64,000 bases of DNA, taken from contig BQFW01000013.1 in the NCBI GenBank assembly GCA_020891255.1, forward strand, positions 62,001 through 126,000, in the 5' to 3' direction. Made by a program: the position numbers and the translations under genes. The notes beneath the pieces were generated by a model. The model ran no database searches. It was not told the DNA's origin and saw only the letters and a list, made by a program, of their open reading frames with translations. Source of the stretch: Entomortierella parvispora E1425. Lineage: Eukaryota > Fungi > Mortierellomycota. This document shows positions 38,106-49,230 of this stretch, piece after piece. Position 1 is the stretch's first letter. The number at the start of each line of letters is the position of its first letter.

Positions 38106-38880
38106 AAAGAGTGTCCATACAAGATAAGAAAAACTTACCCCATGGCAGTCTTCTATCCATCTTTTTGGTTTTCTAGTTTTTAAACATGCATCGTAATGGC
38201 GACCTGATGTGTCCAATGCGGTGGGAGCAAATTAGGGAGAGTCCATTGACTCGCTTACAAGACACTTTGCAAGACTTGTCAAGCAGGGCAAGGAGGGGGT
38301 GTGCTCATATCTTGTTTGTTTGTTGTTTTGCATGCTTGTTTGTTTGTTTTGCTTGGAAGGGGGTTAGCTTACGAAAGAGAGAAGGAAGAGGTTGCTGTTC
38401 AGAAAAGGCAAGACTGCATACGTTCAAATGGCCAGAGAGAGAGAGGTAGAGAGAGAGAGTCGGCTGCGCGTCATCCTTGTGGGTTGATCAACTTTTTTTC
38501 TCTTTTTCAATTAGACTTTTTTCTGCATCCCTGTGTGTTTCGGCTCCCATTTTTTTTTTTTTTTTTTTTTTTTTTGAACGAGATCAAAGTAACGAGTAAC
38601 GGGGGGGAAAGGTGAAAAAGAATGGAGAGGGGTCAAGGAGGAAAGGCATGCACAAAGTCATCATAGCCGCCGAGTCATGGTAAGCAAGAAAATGGACAGA
38701 AAATATCTATAAAATCCTTTAAAAAAAAAGAAAGAAAAGTAGGGGGGAAGCAAGGGGGTGAAGGGATCTCTGGGATTGTTTGTTGGGAGGAGTGGGGGGT
38801 ACCGTGTCAAGGAGTAATGGGATATTGTAGAAGACAATAATCATTGAATGAGGGATTTTTATTTCTTTTTGGTTGCTTTT

Positions 38881-41466
38881 TCAGATGTCGTGGATCTTTC
38901 CCGATATCATTCCGCTGCTGCTGCTGTTGTTGTTGTTGTTGTTGCTGCTGCTAGCGTTATTTCCGAGATTGTTCAAACTACTACTGCTACCGTTATGACT
39001 TCCACCGATCGCAGCTGCCCGTCGATCCAGTTCCCGCCGGACATGGCTCATTCCTAGCTCATCCCCCATCATATCACTGGACATCCGTCGACCTCCACCT
39101 GATACCCCTGTTGAAGAATTGAAGGTTCCCACGAGATTACTGCTGCTTCCGTGGCCATTCAAAAAGCTCCCGAGCGTATTTCCTGTCGTTCCCGCTCCTC
39201 CAGACACGGTTCCGTTGGCAGATGTAAATCTGGAATGGCGCCCACCACTAGTCGCAGTCGTCATGCCCGAGGTGCCTCCTCGCATGGCCCCCAATGTCTG
39301 AGCAGTACGGTGACTCCTGTGTTGTTGAAGAGTGGGGCCAGAGAACTTTCTGCGGCTACGATTCCATTGTCTGGATCGCGAGAAGATGGGTTTCAGGTAC
39401 CGGTCATCAAAGGACAGGAACCAATGGGTATCGTCTGGATGGTTAGCGGACGCCACTGGGAGAGGCATGATATCCCGCTGGTATTGATGGTGGTGATGAC
39501 TGTACGAACGCTCCGCCGCAGATCCTGTTGACGATCCTGATGATCCACTTCCATTTCCGCCTCCCACATACTCGTCGTCCGAGGGCCGGGATTGCAACGA
39601 AAGCTCAGAGTTTGAAAAAGACGCTTGCAAGTACAGAGCCTGACCGTCAGATCCCCGTCCATAAGGATCATCGGCCAAGTACATCTCTCTCTCCCGGTCC
39701 CGATCATAACTGTCGTCGCCTCCTTCATCATCCTCACTCTCACCCTCGGAATCGACACAGTTCATCTTGACGCCCAAAATCGCCAGCATCCTGGCGGTAG
39801 TGCCTCCAAAGACAATGACCGACAAGACCACAACGACCAGAATCGTCGTCTTCAACGCTGCCTGTTCCTCAACTCCGTCCAATCCTGCTGCCAACGCAAA
39901 TGCGACGGCACCGCGCAATCCTGCCCAGAACAACATGACCTGATGAGGACGCGAAAGAGTGTCGGATCGCTTGAAGACATAGACAGAGATCATGTTGATC
40001 AAGGACGACAAAGGGAATACCGCCGCGTAACGAGAGATGCAAATGAAAACCTAAAAAAATAACCAGGAGAATAGAGAAAAAAAACAGTGTCAAAATTCCA
40101 TGTTCCTTTTTTTCTTTCTTCCATCCATCGAACAAAGCGTCCAAGAGACATAACAACTTACAAAAGTGAAAAAGATAAACAACGGCTTGTAGTCCAAGTC
40201 CATCTCGGTGAAGAGCGTCAGGCCCAGGTAAATAAAGATAAAGTTCTCAGACAATTGTGCTAGAACCTGGAACAGGCTCTTGGTCGTCCGTTTGCTTCTC
40301 AAGGACATGCTTTCGTAGGCGTAATGCTTGAGGGTGATACCACAGAACAACAGCGATACAATTCCTGAGAGGTGGATACTGTTGGAAAAGAAGTAGGATG
40401 CGTAGGCCATCAAGGCAATCAGGCATGACTCCAATCCAGGATACAGGTGAATGTTGGTCTTCTTCAACGCCAGCGCCGCAATCAGTCCAATCAATGCTCC
40501 GATCATCAACGACACAATAAAGACAAAGAAGAAAGTCCACACTCCGTGCACAACGTTGCCCAGGTGAAAGTCTTCTCCACGGTACTTTTTCAGGGTCCTA
40601 AAGGGTTGACCCACGGGGAAAAAAAGAAATTGCGCAACGACATAGAGTTGGTTAGCGTCAAATATTCCAGATGCGCCAAGGCCCGGGTTATCTTTCAGGT
40701 TGTTTGAGTGTGCATGAGGACTTACTCAAACATGACAATCGAGACGGCATCGTTGAGGATACTCTCTCCAAAAATGACCGAGTACAGCTTGGGGTCGACC
40801 TTCAATTGATTGAAGATGGCCAAGATTGTAACAGGATCCGTCGCGGACAAGACCGATCCAAAGATCATGCTGTCCAGAAAGCTCAGCTGCAGACTCTCCA
40901 ATCCTGTCAACGACAATAGGTAGACCAACGTGCCCACGACCAAGGCCGAGATGAATGTGCCCACGAATGCAAAGGTGAGGATTGACCCGAGGTTGCGAAA
41001 GAACCGCGCCTGTTTCATCTCGTAACCGGAATTGAGAATGATGGGCGGCAGAAGCAAGTTGAAAAAGACTGTGTGTTTGAAGGTCACCATCTCTTGGACC
41101 ATCTCTCCTGGTGCGACTCTAATGATAAAGCCGACTATCATGCCTATAGATAGATAAAGTAGACAAACGGGAATGAGGGTTAGGCAGTGTATGTATGCAA
41201 GTCAGGGCACGGGGAACCCATTAGCCCATTTGCCTTGCAATGAAGCCCTTTGCCGCTACTGCATCCAAAAGAAAAGGCGATGCAGTTGTGTCTTTACCAG
41301 TCATGATAGAGATGACGGTCTCGTGGATAGAGGTGACCTTGCGGACCTGGAGGTAATAGGATGTCCACATGGCACCGATCAGCAGCACGGTCAGGATCAG
41401 CAAAGCCCAGCTCGAGTAGAGTTCCTCGACCTCGGCGGGCTGATGCTGCATGCCCGCATTGTTCAT
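38881..41466 (-). CDS. NHX1: Endosomal Na+(K+)/H+ exchanger Nhx1 (CPA1 family)
   Basis: Exons 41466-41298, 41143-40726, 40597-40162, 40050-38881. FFNLLLPPIILNSGY, ATDPVTILAIF, FGESILNDAVSIV, LSGIVSLLFCG, WAGLRGAVAFALA. An additional upstream exon is possible. Confidence 0.95.
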
Positions 41467-42854
41467 GCTGGGTTAGAAAGGAGCGTAATGTGTGCCTGGA
41501 GGGGAGTAAAAGAGAAGGTGCCTGTCCGTGGGTGTGGATTTGAGTGTGTGTCGCACACGGCAAGGATGGGGATGGGTGGGTATCTGAATCTGAAGGAAGA
41601 GAGAGGAAGGAAGGGGTAAAAGAGAGTGCAAAAACAAAGGGTGCTGTGCGTCAAGAGAAAGTGGGGATGCAACGGTGTGGTGGCTGCAGGACGGAATAAA
41701 GAGAAGAGAGAGGAGAGAGGAGAATGAAAAAATAAAAGAATGAAAGGAAGGAAGGAAGGAAGGAAGGAAAGAAGATGAGAATGAACATGCGACCTTTCCT
41801 TCCTTTCTCTCTCGCTCTCTCTTCTTCTGTCCCTTCTCCGGGCCTGGTCTCTTTTCAGTGGTTCCAAAATCATTTCATCATGAGGCGGGCTCGAAATGAA
41901 TCGCTCGATCCTCCACTTCTTGGGGCTCTCAACCAGCATTTCACGTTGTCTTTCTGATTGAACGTGAGCCTTTATCTTCCGTCCAACCTTGCGTTCCTGC
42001 CTCCGCCAGCTATGCTCGACCTCTCTCGTTCACTGGATCATCGTCCGGCGACGCTCTTTCTTCCAAAGTCACTTTTTCAGTCGCTGAAAGATGACCCAGA
42101 GACCAGGTCTTGCTCACACCTAGCAATCCTGCCACGACAGTGGCCATCTTGGCCAATTCCAGTCGCGTCCCAGGGGTGCAAGTCATCTGAACAACCAAGG
42201 TGTCTATCCCTCCTCCCCCTGTTCTTGTTCTGTCACTTGCTGGCTCCGAATCAAGGCTCTTTTTCTCAGCGACCTGCCCTTTTTTTTCTCCTCGACTGTC
42301 GGAAATGACTGCCTTCTCGCATGCTCCCCATGCCACCCCTATTGTTCTAGTCAGTCTAAAATATCGCCGATGACCATTAAAGTAAACTGGCTGTGTTTGG
42401 CCCGCAGTCCACTGACAGGATCTTGAGCTCGAACAAAGAGCCCTGGCTTGCATCTGACGGTCATTGCTTTGAGAACCAAATCGGGGGTCCTGTTACTTTT
42501 CAAGCTGCCTTTATTCAAAGTAAAACTGGATGATCGATGCCACCCTTGACTCGCCATGTTATTTTTGTAGCACTGGACCAAGAGTGTTGGTAAAGGAAGA
42601 AAGAGAAAAGGGAGCCGAAAGAACTAAAGGACATGGATGAAATGGATGAAAATTGATGAAATGGTGGCGCGTGTCTCTCGCCACCAAAGGCGGTTCCAGG
42701 ACTGCTGTGTGTGGAAAGAGTCGTTGCATCGCCCTGAGGCAGAGACCATGCCTCTTCACCAGGAACAGCACAACCAAACTCTTTGAACGCACTCGAGGAA
42801 CGCTCATCCCTCTGCAAACACCACTCTCCTCACACATATACACGCACTCCTATA

Positions 42855-44056
42855 ATGACATCAGTGGTTACCATGGCCACATCGTCAGGAATAACAACAC
42901 AGGCAGCAACATCACAACATTCACTACGCCAACAAGTCCGCTCACAGATCACCGAGTACTCACGTCTGACCAATGCCCTCTTCACCTCACTCGACGTCCT
43001 CGCCGACGGAAAGGCAGCACCAGCAGCACCCAATGACATTATGAAGCAGATTGTCCAATTAGACGCGACATTAATGGGCGCTGTTGAAAAGAGTATGTTT
43101 CCAATCAGGACCATGGGCATGATGATCACCATTTTGGAATGATAATGAATCAGACCTCGTTGTTCAATCCTGCATCTGACCAAAGAGTAATCCTTTTCTT
43201 TTGATGAACAACTAGTCGAGCTGCACCAGAAACAACAACAACGGATCCGACAAGTACGACAGCAGATCGAGGAGCAGAACCAGGCTATCATGTCCGTGAT
43301 CTCCAATTTGCTAGAAGCCAAGCAGGTCGTGGAGTCCAGTCTCGAGAATCTGGACGAGAAGCGAGCCGCATCTGCTGACGCACGTTCAGGTAAAAAGAAC
43401 AGAGGATGAGAACCTCCCCTTGAAAGTACCTTGCGAAAGACTCCTAGCAACCGACACCATAATGCTGACCAAATGTTTTTTTCTTTTCCATCTTTTTTGT
43501 TCCGCGAATAGCTACTGTCTCTGTCAGCGAGATCGTGTCATACGCCAACCGCCTAAGCTCGTTTACATCCGCACCTCCCAACTTCAACCCAGCAGATCCC
43601 AACCAGGCATTCGAGCCGCCATATCCACGTGAAGTCAGCATGCGTGCCGGTATCCTCAACCAACAGCACATCCCCGCAGCTGCTTTGGTGACTCTGGATG
43701 GAAGCATCATGCCAGGTGCGACAGTACCTTTGAGCACAACGAATGCAGGCGATGCAGGAGCAGATGCAGGAGGAATCAGGGATGGTCTTGCCATCACAAA
43801 CCCTAGCATGGGCGATGGCCTTCCTCAGGCTGTCACCAATGGCTATGGTTCTCATGCCATGGAGCAGGAAGAGGACGAGGAGTTTGATTCTGGATCGAGC
43901 TCTGAAGACGATACGTACACTTCTTTTGGAAGGATAAAGGAGGAGGAAAGATTGCGTCAAGAACAGCAGCAACAGCAGCAACAACAGCAGCAACAACAGG
44001 ACATTGGTCAAAATAGGGATGAGGATGAGGACATCTTTGACCTGGATTTGAATTAA
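42855..44056 (+). CDS. MED4: Mediator of RNA polymerase II transcription subunit 4, ~318 aa
   Basis: Exons 42855-43092, 43216-43389, 43512-44056. Coiled coil followed by EIVSYANRLSSFTSAPPNF...FEPPYPREVSMRAGIL; acidic tail ending IFDLDLN. Confidence 0.88.
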
Positions 44057-44124
44057 AGGTGAATAAATAGACTGATATTTTTTACCTGCACTCCTAAATG
44101 GAAAGGAAAGCGGCAAAAGGACAT

Positions 44125-47100
44125 TTATTGTGACTCCCACCGAGTCTTCTTTCTTGCTTCAGAAGCAATTTGGTCTCCTTGTGCATTATGTCTAGACGAA
44201 TCCCTTTGCTGATAATCACCACTACTATCGCGCTTGCCCAATTGGAACTGGTTCGCTCCAGTAGAGCTACCAGCTGCAAAGCTTTGGTGGTCCATGCCCA
44301 TGTTCATGGGTCCTCCACGTCCTCGACCACGACCGCGGCCTCCTCGCTCGCCACCAGGGCCACCACGTTTCGTCGCCAAAGCCTCGCGGCCGTCCGGTCC
44401 GACAGCTTCAATATTCGGTTCCAAGATCCTGACGCCACCTCGAATAGGCTCCATGGGTCCAAATCCTCCAACGACACTGTTGCTCAACCACCTGCGATCC
44501 GTGTCTGTCAACTTATCCAATGGGATCACACTGGTTCCAGTTGAATAATCGAAACAGTCTCGGGGACCGAAGCCGCATCCCCAACCGACCTTCATGGTCT
44601 CGCCTTGAACTTGCTGTTGATTCAACTCCCGTTTGGCGACCTCGGCTGAAGTTCGAGAGACCATTTTGATGAAAGCATTGAATTTGGCCTGATTAACCAT
44701 CAAAGTGGCAATTGGACCTTTTGGAGTGAAGATGGCCTCCAGGTCGCGTTCTGTGATCGTCGGGATAAAAGTACCGCCCACCCAAAGCGTCCGACTGATG
44801 ACTATTCAAAAGGAAACGCGAAACAACAAATAAAAAAAACCGTTAATAACTTGAATGGTGTAGGTGGTGCAGAAAGGGAGTCTTCATGAAAGTATCTCAA
44901 CTTCTTACCTCGGATCTGATCGGGTCCTACACTGGGGTCCTCTTCAACTGTAATGTTGGTTTGTGGCGCCGCTGCACCTCCTCCACCACCTCCGCGAGGA
45001 TCCATCGGGCGCGGCCCTTGGTTCCCACGACCCATACCGTTGGTAGCCCCACCTTCAGCCGTGTTAAAGCTTCCGTTCATAAAAGTCGCGGCCTGGGACA
45101 TGGGTCTTTGTGGAATGCCTGCATTCTGTTGGTCCATGATGCCTTGTGTGCTACCATTCCGCTGCATGCCGCCGGACAGATGAGGGGGTGGTGGCAGTGG
45201 ATGCACTTGACCTCCCGCAGTTGAGCCCTTGTTGGGTCCGGCTGTAGTCGAGCTTGCTCCTGGTGTTGGAGGAAGGGGCCAGCGTGTTGTTGGTGGCGGT
45301 GGCAGTGCGTGCCTGAGCTGTGGCTGCTGTGATGGTTGATTTGGTGGCGTTTGTGCTTGATCCCTGGCGGCCAGTCGGGAGTCAACTCTTGCACGAGGAT
45401 CGCGAGCCGGCAATCCAGGCGCCATTGCTGTTGTCATTGGAGCTCCTCCCACTGTTGCCCCTACTCCTGCTCCTGAAGCAGCGGCGGGTCTGGGAGGCAA
45501 TGGGTGCGTCATGGGTCCTCCAGGCACAAGTGGGACGGCAGGTGGTCCCGGGTTTGTACCTCCCGCCGTTCTTCCGGATGAGGATCCTCCAAGGCCAAAA
45601 GTATTGCTTGAAATAGGAGATGAAATTGCAGGCCCAACGGATGAAGTCATGTTGCTTTTGATGCCGCCGCCTCCACTCCTAAAAGAGGACGAATCTACTC
45701 CTCCAGAAGAAGACGAGGCGTGCGTCGGCATCATGCTATTATTATTGGGACTGATGAATGCTTCCTGATTCGTGGTATAGCTATTCGATAAGAACCCTTG
45801 CAGCTGCTGCAACACCGGGGGTAGATCCGTCTGAGAACTTCCACGGGGATCGCTGGGCACTTGAGGCGTCGTCGGCTGTGAGTAGGAGGTATTCATGTAA
45901 GGTGAAGCTGTCGTTGATGCTGTCGCCGCATTGACATGTGAGACTGTGGCCAGAAGTGTCTGCAAGGCCAGGGCAGAGGAAGGATCTGCGATACCGCTCA
46001 AAAACGCGCTCGCATTCGCAGTAGGAGCGGCTGGAGAGCCAGCAGATTTGGGCATCCTGGGATCTGAGGGTGCGACAGGAGAGTTTGAGTAAGGGGGGTA
46101 AATTCCAGTGGATGTCAGAGAAGTGGCGGGAGTAGGATAAGCAGTTGCTGCTGTGGATGCAGCACTGGAGGTATATTCACTTGTCAATGGCGAAATGTTG
46201 AGGTTGGTGCCATTCTGAGCGAGTGATGCAGCTAAGGATGAAATCAAGGAAGCTGCTTTGTCCGCCTCGCTTTGTTCAGGTTCTACATTATAAGCACCAA
46301 GGCGGGTTAAAAAAACGTCCGTCATTAAACGAAGCTTGATCTGACAACAACATTGCAAAGCCTTCTGTCCTTCTAGTTCTTACCTCTTTGAGGGGAGGGT
46401 GACCGCACAGGGGGCGTCGGTGGGGGAGGAGGCGTTGTTGATTTCTTGGTCTCCAGAAGAGGAAAGTAAGTCTTGCGGATGTTCTCGACAACAGAAGTTG
46501 AAAACGTCGATGACCGATCCCAGATCTCGACCACTCGCTTGACCTTTTCCTGTTCAAGTAAATCCAACAGCCAAAAGACACGAGACGATCGGGTACAGTA
46601 GACAGGCACGCGACGTCAAACACGAGTGGATCAAACATAGAGATATAGAAGAGAATAAAAGAGGGCACAGCGTTTAGATTCCATCCAGTCATTCATTTGC
46701 GGCTTCGTCTACGTAAAAAAAGCCTTTATTGCAAGGGGTGGTTGTGGTTGTTGAGGGATTGGCTGTTAGGTATTTTAGTCCTGTGCTCGTGAGGATATAG
46801 TCCCGTAGTTTAGTCCAGCGTAGTCCATTTCACGAGTCCATGTCGGTTTGTTGACATCCACGATCATACAAACACAGGGGGTAAAATGAAAGGTAGTATT
46901 ATTTTGGACTTTTCTTCCACAGTCATCCGCCTGGGTTAGAGGCAAGGATGGGCACTGGGATCTAGCCAGAGTCAGAGGAAAAGGTGTTTCTTTCACAACA
47001 TCCAGAGATACCTCTCTTCAACATAGTTATTTCGCCCTCCCGGTTCGGTCCGGTTCTGCTCCCGATCCCGAGAATCCTGTCATGGTAGCCATATGGCCAC

Positions 47101-47773
47101 CGTTGCTTCTTGACACCAATGTCGGCATGGGGGGGGGGGACTATCTTTCTTTGCTTAAGGCACTGAAAAATGAATATAGCTTTCGTTCAAATAGATCCAT
47201 ACCTTCTCCTTGTCTTCCTGAACCTTGCAAAACTCTGCAAACAAGGCCTCGATATTCTTTTCAAACCGCCCAACGTACTCTGCTCCAGTCAAAGACCCTC
47301 CTGATCCTTTCTGCTTGATAGAATGTGATGTCCTGCAAATCGAATCCAGTACGTACAATCCTGTCAACTTGTATTCTGGTACACATCTGGTGATAAACTT
47401 CTCCGTGAGATAGACGATATTTTTGTAGTGCTAATGATGAAACAATAGGAGAAAGGAGTCAGCATGTCGAGTCAACAAAAAAAAGCTCCACAAGGGCCAC
47501 AACCGAGATTGTAGGACAGGCACGAAAAGTTGTAGTCAACGAGATTCCAGGGGACTTGTGAGGACATGTGTGGGCCGTCAGTGTGACGAATAGAAGGTGG
47601 AAAAGAGGGAAAGGCGATGTGGTCCGATGGTGGTTTACCTTTGCAGACTTGATGGCCATCTTTGTGATTCGTTCAATCTTGGAGGCAGATGCACTCTTTG
47701 AATCAAACAGACTGTAGAGCTCCTTGTTGAAGTCGGTGACCTCTTGCGGCTCCTTGCTGGCGTCCTTGGACAT
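44125..47773 (-). CDS. NRD1: CID-RRM RNA-binding termination/3'-processing factor (Nrd1/Seb1/SCAF4-8 family)
   Basis: Exons 47773-47639, 47430-47203, 46549-46384, 46282-44909, 44801-44125. CID motifs SASKIERITKMAIK, YKLTGLYVLDSICR, KVKRVVEIW; RRM start VISRTLWVGG and MKVGWGCGFGPRDCFDYSTGTSVIPLDKLTDTDRRW. Confidence 0.93.
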
Positions 47774-48039
47774 TGTGTGCTTCTAGTATGTTGATCGAAG
47801 GCTGCGTCGGTGTGAGTGTTGTGATGGTCGGTCGGTTGAGAAGCGAAGGAACAGGATGGATGGATGCAACGGACGGGGCCCTTTTGGCACTTTCCGCGCT
47901 TGGCCACAAAAAAAAGTGTCTACGTCACCATTTTTTTTTATCATTTTTGACTGTGTCTGTCGCACCTGTCCGTCCCGTCGTCTGAGTCTTTCACGTTTTC
48001 CCTCCACCGCCTCGCCACCCCAAAAGACACAACCCTCCA

Positions 48040-49043
48040 ATGAGTGACACGGAACGCGGCAACAATGAAGACGACCTGTCGTTGCCAAAAGGCAAGTGCC
48101 GGCATCACTCGCTTCCAGGAAAACAGGAAAACGGGAAAACAGCGGCCTGTCTTGCATTCACTAACATGGCTCCTGTCCTTTTTTTTTTTTTTTTTTTTTT
48201 GTGTTGTCTTCCTCCCGCTTCCGGCTTGCTTCATGTCCATGCAGCAACGGTGCAAAAGCTTATTAATGAAATGATGCCCGACGACATTGCATGTGCCAAG
48301 GACACTCGCGATCTCTTGATCGATTGCTGCGTCGGTAAGGTGCTTTGTTTCTATCAAGCTTTTTTGCATGGGTCGCCCATGGGTCACGAATTCTTGTTTT
48401 TTTTGTTCCAGGCTGTTTCTAAACTTTTTTATTTTTTATTTTTTTTCAACCTTGAATAGAATTTATTCACCTGCTCGCCTCTGAAGCCAACGAAATCTGT
48501 GAGAAGGAAACAAAGAAGACGATTGCTGCCGAACATGTCATCACAGCCCTCAAGGTATTTGTCGACATTCTCACTTGCTGCCACACCCTTCTTCTTCCTC
48601 TCTTTCTCCATGATTCAAAACAGGAGAAGCAAAAAAGGACAAGTTACTACCAGAACGATCTGGGAATCGCAGGAAAGCGGGGCTTTTTGTTTGTCAACAG
48701 GAGCAGGATCAGGCGCAGGAGCAGAGATCACCCCAATCTCGGCAAATACACTAGCAACCATTCCATATCACAGGAATGAAGCCCTGTGGATTTACACTAC
48801 CTTTTTTTTTAACATCATGCATTTTGTTTTTGCTGCGGAATCGTGTAGGCACTCGGATTCGATGCTTACCTGCCAGAAGTCGAAGTTGTTCTTCAGGATC
48901 ACAAGACCCAACAAAAAGTCAAGGACAAGGATAAAAAGTCGGGAAGATTGGAGAATTCCGGGAAATCTGTCGAAGAGCTCTTGGAGGAACAGACCCGACT
49001 CTTTGCAGAGGCCAAAGAAAGACATCAAACCTTGCAACAATAG
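48040..49043 (+). CDS. NCB2: Negative cofactor 2 beta subunit (Dr1, histone fold), 143 aa
   Basis: Exons 48040-48091, 48245-48334, 48460-48554, 48849-49043; intron 1 is GC-AG. EDDLSLPKATVQKLINE, CCVEFIHLLASEANEICEKETKKTIAAEHVITALKALGF, EELLEEQTRLFAEA. Confidence 0.95.
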
Positions 49044-49230
49044 GGACATTTTTGATGCCAAAAAAGCAACCCCCTGCCCTCTCCCCCCATCCTCCCGTTA
49101 TTGTTCTCTTTTCCACTTTTTTTCATATTCTCAGATCTCACATTGTACAAAAATTGCCCAATTGTAATAAATATATTCTCATACACTGAAGTATTTAATG
49201 CGGTTTGCGAAGCGGACAAAGGGAAGCGAT

